This document shows positions 58,865-64,000 of a stretch of 64,000 nucleotides of DNA, one piece after another. Numbering within the stretch: the first letter of the stretch is position 1; every line of letters begins with the position of its first letter. The position numbers were made by a program, and so were the translations under genes. A model generated the notes under the pieces. That model was not told the DNA's origin, searched no databases, and was given only the letters and a program-made list of their open reading frames with translations. Source of the DNA: Acidimicrobiales bacterium (lineage in GTDB: Bacteria; Actinomycetota; Acidimicrobiia; Acidimicrobiales; SHLQ01); contig OZ244202.1 of assembly GCA_965216815.1 (NCBI GenBank), positions 3,801,335-3,865,334 of the forward strand, in the 5' to 3' direction.

Positions 58865-60249
58865 GAGACGTCGACGACGAACATCGTGCGGGTGCCGCCG
58901 GGCAATGTTGTCGCCTCGATGCTCGCGAAATGGCGCTTCAGCTCGCTGGCGAAGTTGTCGAGCGTGTAGTCGTCGAACAGCCCTTTGGGCTTATGCGACA
59001 GCAGGGTCTTGACCATCGGGTCGTTGCGGTGCACGTACTCGACGACAACGCGGCACTGTCTCGCAGCAAGCCACTCGACAACCGACGGTAAGGCCACGTT
59101 CGCTCCGATGATGAGGTGATGGACGAGAGCAAGTGCCATCACGACATCGAAGTCGCCACGATCGTCGAAACGGGCGCGCTCGGCGTTGCGCCAACCGAGA
59201 CCCGGTGAGGGGTCGACGAGGTTCATCACCAACGGCAGCACGTTCGTGACCCCATCGCGTTTGAGGCCGAGGTAGAGCCCGTCGATCACCGACTCGTCGA
59301 AATCCGCCGCGACGACGTAGCTGGCATCGTCTGCGATGAGTCGTGTGAAGGCGCCGTCGTTCGCGCCGAGGTCGAGCACCGCATCGCCGGTGCTGACCGC
59401 GCCGCGAACGATCTTCTCCTTGGCTTCGGTGTCGGCTTCGTCGTAGCTGCAGGTCTGGCGGTAGTCGCTCCATGTGGTCGTCGACCGCTTCACCGTCAGT
59501 CCTTCGACCGTCTTGGACAGCTTCGAGGCGACCTTCTTGGCGACATCGACGTCGAAGCCTGTAGCGGTGAGCTGCTTCTTCATCTGTTCGGGGTTGTTCG
59601 CGAGCCGGCGATCGGCGAGGGCGTGAAGCGTCACGTTGCGGAACACGCCGCGTTTGAGCTTGCGACGTCCACGAAACATCGCCGACACGGTCTCGGGGGT
59701 GAGGCCGTCGAGGGTGCCCCGAAGCAGCGGCTGGAAGTCGATGCCGAGGTGAGCTTGGAGCAGCAGCGGGTAGAGGCTCGTCATGCAGAACTGCCGGTAC
59801 CCCGGCCAGGGTCCCTTGGCTGGCTCGAACGACCCGACGTCGATGAATGTCGGGCGAGCGCCGATGAACTGCATGTTGAAGCTCGTGCCGTCTTTGAGCG
59901 TGAGGTTGTGGTCGAGGGCCGAGCTGAGCACGGCGAGCTGGCCGAGCGCTGCGTCGCGCATCATCGAGAACGACCACTCGTAGGGGTATGACACGAACGG
60001 GACACGTTCGTGTTCGAGCACCATGTCGAAGGCGTCGCCCCTGGGGCTCAGCCCGAAGTCGTCTCCGTCGGCGACCTCGGTGCCGACGAGCAGGCCGTCG
60101 GCCACGAGCTCATCGATCAACCCGGTCTCGACCACCGCGTTCCACTCGGACGCGCCTTTGCCGACCAGGCCACGCAAAACCCGGTCGTCGCGATAGAAGA
60201 CCGAGCTGTGGGGGTCGCGGAACGACCCCAGGTCCGGGTTGTCGGCCAT
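58861..60249 (-). CDS. class I SAM-dependent methyltransferase with large N-terminal domain (NoeA-like)
   Basis: FRDPHSSVFYRDDRVLR...SYPYEWSFSM N-terminal domain. VLDLGANDGAFT SAM motif near residue 300. Confidence 0.8.
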   Translation of the reverse strand: MADNPDLGSFRDPHSSVFYRDDRVLRGLVGKGASEWNAVVETGLIDELVADGLLVGTEVADGDDFGLSPRGDAFDMVLEHERVPFVSYPYEWSFSMMRDAALGQLAVLSSALDHNLTLKDGTSFNMQFIGARPTFIDVGSFEPAKGPWPGYRQFCMTSLYPLLLQAHLGIDFQPLLRGTLDGLTPETVSAMFRGRRKLKRGVFRNVTLHALADRRLANNPEQMKKQLTATGFDVDVAKKVASKLSKTVEGLTVKRSTTTWSDYRQTCSYDEADTEAKEKIVRGAVSTGDAVLDLGANDGAFTRLIADDASYVVAADFDESVIDGLYLGLKRDGVTNVLPLVMNLVDPSPGLGWRNAERARFDDRGDFDVVMALALVHHLIIGANVALPSVVEWLAARQCRVVVEYVHRNDPMVKTLLSHKPKGLFDDYTLDNFASELKRHFASIEATTLPGGTRTMFVVDVS

Positions 60250-60254
60250 TCGGT

Positions 60255-60488
60255 CTAGAGGTCGGTGCTCAGCGTTTCGGCCGGCTCTTCCTCGAGCTCT
60301 CCGGTGGCTTCATCGTCGGTGACCGCTGCTTCCATGGCCTCGAGCTTCTCACGCTGGGACTTCGAGAAGAGGGCGCTGAAGCGCCACCAGCCACGCTTTG
60401 CGAACAGCGCTATTCCGGCACCGCCGGCTACGACAGCCGAGACGATCATGCTGCCGGACGCGGCATCGAGATAGGCAAGAAGCGACAC
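60255..60488 (-). CDS. small membrane protein with acidic C-terminus
   Basis: MSLLAYLDAASGSMIVSAVVAGGAGIALFA, then an acidic tail. Its stop lies 5 nt before the methyltransferase start. Confidence 0.5.
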   Translation of the reverse strand: MSLLAYLDAASGSMIVSAVVAGGAGIALFAKRGWWRFSALFSKSQREKLEAMEAAVTDDEATGELEEEPAETLSTDL

Positions 60489-60561
60489 GTGAACTCCTTC
60501 AGTCCCGCGTCATACTATCGCAGCCCGATGTAAACCATTAATTGGCCGAGGATCGGTTCGA

Positions 60562-62694
60562 GTGACTTCACGAGGTGAGCGATTCTCAGGCACGGCGCGG
60601 CGGCTGGGCGGCCGGCTCGCGATGCTGATGGGGTTGGCAGGAATGGCAATCGCCCAACCGCTGCTGGAGACTCTGTCGTCCAGCCCCGACACGTTCACCT
60701 TCCTGCGCTTCTCTCCGAGAGACCTGGTGCTATTTGCCCTGGTCGTAGCGTTCGGACCACCGCTGCTGCTGTGGGCGGTCGAGGTGATCGTCGACCTGAC
60801 GGACCATAGGGCGGGCGAGATCGCTCACATCGTCTTCCTGGCGATGCTGTTTGCGGTGTTCGTCTTGCAGGTCCTGGTGCGTGTTGGCCTCGATGTCCGC
60901 GTTCTGGCATGGATCCTGACCGGGGCGCTGACCCTCGGTTTCGTAGCCGCTTTCAAGAAGTTCAACGATGTTTCGACGTGGCTCATGTTCACCTCTGTCA
61001 TGCCGTTCGTGGCTGGCGGGATGTTCCTTTTTGCCTCGCCTGTGTCCGATCTCGTGCGCGCTCGGGAAACAGCTCCTCCCTACGTCCTAGAAAACATCGG
61101 CAATCCTCCGCCGATCATCTTCGTGATGCTCGACGAGCTCCCGACCCAGTCGCTGATGAACGCCGATCAGAACATCGACCCGCTGAGGTTCCCGAATCTC
61201 GCCGAGTTCGCCGACCAGGCGACCTGGTACCGCCACTTCACATCGCGTGCCGTCCGAACGACTTCGTCGATTCCGGTGTTTCTCACTGGACTGGGTCCAA
61301 CGGAAGGGTCGGGCCATCCTGTCTATCGCAACAACCTGTTCCGGTTCATGGGCGATTCGCACGACTTGTTCGTGTCCGAGGCGGTGACATCGATCTGCAA
61401 TGTCGAGGGTTGCATCGATCCAGCTGACACGAAGGCGAATGGCGATCCTTCGAATCCCGATGCGGGGCAGGTGCGCGGCGCCGACTATCGGAGTCTGCTC
61501 GACCTGAGCGTCGAGCTGTTCGGCGACCGGCTCGACCCCGAAGCTCCTCCGCGTGCGGGGCTGGAGGACTTCGAGGAGGCGTTCGAGAGCGCAACCGAGT
61601 CTGAGCGGGTCGAGGGGCGCAGGCTCAACAATCAGCCGTTTCGATACACCCGTTTCGTTCAGACGTTGGCCGAAGCGCCGACGGGTCGACCCGATCTTCA
61701 CTTCCTTCACACCGTCTTTCCACATCAGCCCTGGCTCTTCGACGAATTGGGCGACCGATATCGCGAACCCGTTGAAGCGGCGCCGGCACCGCCGACCTTG
61801 CAGGGTGATTGGCTCGCGCGTCTGACACGGCAGCGTCACCTGCTCCAGGTCACCTACACCGACCAGCTCCTGGGGAACCTGCTCGAGGAGGCCAAGTCGG
61901 CGGGCATCTACGACGAGGCTTTGATCATTGTCACGGCGGACCACGGCGTTGCATTCGAAGAGGGCCAGCACATGCGGGCATTATCGCGCCAGACGATTCC
62001 GTCTATCGCGTATACACCGATGCTGATCAAAGCACCCGGCCAGGAGCGTGGCCTCGTCGTCGACGCGAACGTCTCGTCGGTCGATCTCGTTCCAACCGTC
62101 GCTGCACATCTCGGCGTCGAAGTGCCGTGGCCGACCGCTGGCCTCGACATGAATTCGGGCGCCGCTTCGAGTCGAGGACCGACCAAGACGCTCGACGAGA
62201 CATCGAGCAGCGACCGCCTGGACGACACGATCGAGTTCGACGACGACGTCGAATATGCACGCCTTGTCGAGGGCATCTTTGCGCCAGTCTCGTCGAGCAC
62301 CGACCTGCGGGCGGGTCTCTGGCAAACGGTCGACGGGGCCCCGGAGTTGATCGGCTCGAGGTTCTCGGACCTGGTGGACGGCTCCGAGAACGCCGTGATC
62401 ATCGAGGTGGTCGGGCTCGAGGAACTGACCCGGCCGCTGCCAGAGGACGAGTTCCCGATCGGTGTGCTCACCGGATGGGTGGACGCCGCGGGGGGTTCTC
62501 GGGACGATCACCTGGTGGTCGTGTCGGTGGCCGACAGGGTCCTGGCGATTTCGGAGATCGAGCCACGCGATGGGCGGGAAGGCTGGTTCGGCACACTCGT
62601 GCCGTTGGGGGCCGAACCTCCCGTCGACTTCGAGCTCGGGCTCTGGGATCCTGACGCGGGCACTCTGACCAACGTCGAGGTTGTGGCGGACTAG
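60562..62694 (+). CDS. polytopic membrane protein with alkaline-phosphatase-superfamily domain, paralog B
   Basis: Aligns along its whole length with 56657..58864 (IFVMLDELPTQS, RTTSSIPVFLTG, IVTADHGVAF, DANVSSVDLVPT). Confidence 0.8.
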   Translation: MTSRGERFSGTARRLGGRLAMLMGLAGMAIAQPLLETLSSSPDTFTFLRFSPRDLVLFALVVAFGPPLLLWAVEVIVDLTDHRAGEIAHIVFLAMLFAVFVLQVLVRVGLDVRVLAWILTGALTLGFVAAFKKFNDVSTWLMFTSVMPFVAGGMFLFASPVSDLVRARETAPPYVLENIGNPPPIIFVMLDELPTQSLMNADQNIDPLRFPNLAEFADQATWYRHFTSRAVRTTSSIPVFLTGLGPTEGSGHPVYRNNLFRFMGDSHDLFVSEAVTSICNVEGCIDPADTKANGDPSNPDAGQVRGADYRSLLDLSVELFGDRLDPEAPPRAGLEDFEEAFESATESERVEGRRLNNQPFRYTRFVQTLAEAPTGRPDLHFLHTVFPHQPWLFDELGDRYREPVEAAPAPPTLQGDWLARLTRQRHLLQVTYTDQLLGNLLEEAKSAGIYDEALIIVTADHGVAFEEGQHMRALSRQTIPSIAYTPMLIKAPGQERGLVVDANVSSVDLVPTVAAHLGVEVPWPTAGLDMNSGAASSRGPTKTLDETSSSDRLDDTIEFDDDVEYARLVEGIFAPVSSSTDLRAGLWQTVDGAPELIGSRFSDLVDGSENAVIIEVVGLEELTRPLPEDEFPIGVLTGWVDAAGGSRDDHLVVVSVADRVLAISEIEPRDGREGWFGTLVPLGAEPPVDFELGLWDPDAGTLTNVEVVAD

Positions 62695-62900
62695 CGGGTA
62701 AGACGTTTGAGCATTTGCTTGTCTCGCTTGAGGAGCTTCTTGAGCTTGGTCGTGAAGGCCTCGTCGGTGCGCAGCCGGTCGATCTCCGAGGACAGCGCGT
62801 CGATGATCAGCTGGTTGAGGCTGATGTCGAGCACGCGCGCGGCTGCTTCGGCGTCGTCGGCCAGGTCCGGCGGGAGCCGGACGGTGGTTTGCTTTGCCAT
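62691..62900 (-). CDS. ribbon-helix-helix (Arc/CopG-like) DNA-binding protein
   Basis: MAKQTTVRLPPDLADDAEAAARVLDISLNQLIIDAL, then a basic helical tail. 69 aa. Confidence 0.65.
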   Translation of the reverse strand: MAKQTTVRLPPDLADDAEAAARVLDISLNQLIIDALSSEIDRLRTDEAFTTKLKKLLKRDKQMLKRLTR

Positions 62901-62946
62901 GGAACCATGGTGTCGCGATTGCTCGCGGGCGGCCAAGCGCGAATGT

Positions 62947-63966
62947 TCATGGGGCGTTGGTGGTGATGGGTGTTTGGGTCGGGTCGAGCCCGGGGATCGG
63001 CTCGTTCTTTGATCGCGGGGTTGGCGGCGCCGGCGGGCTCGGCGGGGCCGCATCGCTGGTCGGAGCTGGTGGTTCGGGTTCTCGATGGCTATGGGTGGCC
63101 GGCGCGGTGAGAGTGGTTGTGCGGTCGGGGTTGAGGGTGATCGTCCAGCGACCTTCGTGAACTTGGTGATGGTGCTTGTTGCAGAGGGGGACGAGGTTGT
63201 CGAGGTCGGTGTGGCCGCCGTGGATCCAATGGATGATGTGGTGGATGGCGCAGTAGGCGAAGCGGACTTCACAGCCGTCGATCGCGCACGTGGGGTGCGC
63301 TGCGCGCACAGCCCTGCGTTGAGCGGGTGTGGCGGTGCGGCTGGTGCGTCCGACGTCGAGTGGCTGTGAAGGGCCGCCCATGACGATGGGGACGATTCCG
63401 GCGTCACAGCACAGTCGACGGGCCGTTTCGGGTGCCAGATCGGCCCCTTGCGCGGTTTCGCAGGTGCTGTGGTCGTGTAGACCGTCGCGTAGGGTCTGGT
63501 AGTCGACTAGCAGCGACAGCTCGGGTCGGTTGGGGCGCCGGTCGCGGCCAGCCGAGCTGACCAAGTCGACGAGTGATTCGGCGGCAAGTCTGTCGTTGCT
63601 GGGCCGCTCGCTGAGGGGCCGGGCTTTGCCGGTGTGATAGCGGGCTTCGATTTCGGCTTCGAGCGCTTCGAACAGCCGGGCGCCCAGTTCGGGGTCGAAT
63701 TGCCCGCGGAAGTGGTACATGCCGGTCTTGTTGTCGACCCATTTGCCCAAGCGTGTTGCTCGGCGCTGGCGTTCGAACCGGTCGATGCCGTCGTCGCCGC
63801 CGAGCCGGTCGGCGCGGCGTTTGGCGTGACGCTGGAACGACTCGGGGGTCATTGCTTTGGCGGCGTCGACGAGGCTGTCGGCTTGCTCCATCAGCTTGTC
63901 GCGCTGGGCGTTCGAGTCTCTCGGTGACCCCTGCGAGCGCGTCGGCGTGACCGACTGAGATCTCAC
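62947..63966 (-). CDS. HNH endonuclease of the actinobacterial DUF222 type (probably frameshifted at its 5' end)
   Basis: CAIDGCEVRFAYCAIHHIIHWIHGGHTDLDNLVPLCNKHHHQVHEG. The upstream DUF222-like AAPAFDKALAAGEISVGHADALAGVTE lies in a different frame and runs off the window. Confidence 0.8.
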   Translation of the reverse strand: MRSQSVTPTRSQGSPRDSNAQRDKLMEQADSLVDAAKAMTPESFQRHAKRRADRLGGDDGIDRFERQRRATRLGKWVDNKTGMYHFRGQFDPELGARLFEALEAEIEARYHTGKARPLSERPSNDRLAAESLVDLVSSAGRDRRPNRPELSLLVDYQTLRDGLHDHSTCETAQGADLAPETARRLCCDAGIVPIVMGGPSQPLDVGRTSRTATPAQRRAVRAAHPTCAIDGCEVRFAYCAIHHIIHWIHGGHTDLDNLVPLCNKHHHQVHEGRWTITLNPDRTTTLTAPATHSHREPEPPAPTSDAAPPSPPAPPTPRSKNEPIPGLDPTQTPITTNAP

Positions 63967-64000
63967 CCGCCGCCAGCGCCTTGTCGAACGCCGGAGCGGC

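Overview
This is a densely packed, high-GC chromosomal segment with an Actinomycetota-like gene set: CarD, an HbhA-like lysine-repeat protein next to an XRE regulator, a DUF222-type HNH endonuclease, an LLM/F420-type oxidoreductase, OtsA/OtsB, Ino1 and a two-subunit AddAB/AdnAB-type helicase-nuclease. I can support about 55 protein-coding genes. I found no rRNA, tRNA, CRISPR array, transposase or integrase. All family and product calls come from reading motifs in the provided translations, with no searches run. Start codons were chosen by paralog alignment, Shine-Dalgarno-like sequences and stop/start overlaps, so they are inferences. Functional blocks: (1) 222-4213, three tandem exported paralogs plus a cytoplasmic HxD...H protein. 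(2) 4346-18061, SDRs, a PAS-GGDEF-EAL protein, and a TetR/thiolase/cyclase/acyl-CoA synthetase lipid-type cluster. (3) 18163-25894, serB, dus and a cell-envelope block (M23 peptidase, OafA-like acyltransferase, CapA-like protein). (4) 25891-32437, otsA coupled to an OtsB-GH15 fusion, then an amidase and a YbdK-like ligase. (5) 32572-37189, XRE, an HbhA-like protein, a tandem-domain CoA-transferase and an LLM oxidoreductase. (6) 37191-48184, a minus-strand run containing a secreted metzincin, a YpfJ-like peptidase and the helicase-nuclease pair. (7) 48253-53516, an exported amidohydrolase, CapA and an S1 protease. (8) 53715-62694, carD, a USP, and ino1 coupled to two membrane alkaline-phosphatase-superfamily paralogs that flank a methyltransferase. 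(9) 62691-64000, an RHH protein and an HNH endonuclease. The most interesting signals: an uncharacterised roughly 120-170 aa 'LDTR...RPNAS...DV.GY' domain present nine times in five exported proteins, three with diversified C-terminal tips and two fused to different protease classes; ino1 translationally coupled (GTGA) to an LtaS/EptA-like membrane enzyme; a tandemly duplicated 62-bp AT-rich hairpin element; two genes (serB and the AddB-like nuclease subunit) whose coding signal extends upstream of any ATG/GTG/TTG/CTG, both reaching the same ATCATCGAC nonamer; an OtsB-GH15 fusion; and repeated interlocked stop codons at convergent gene ends.
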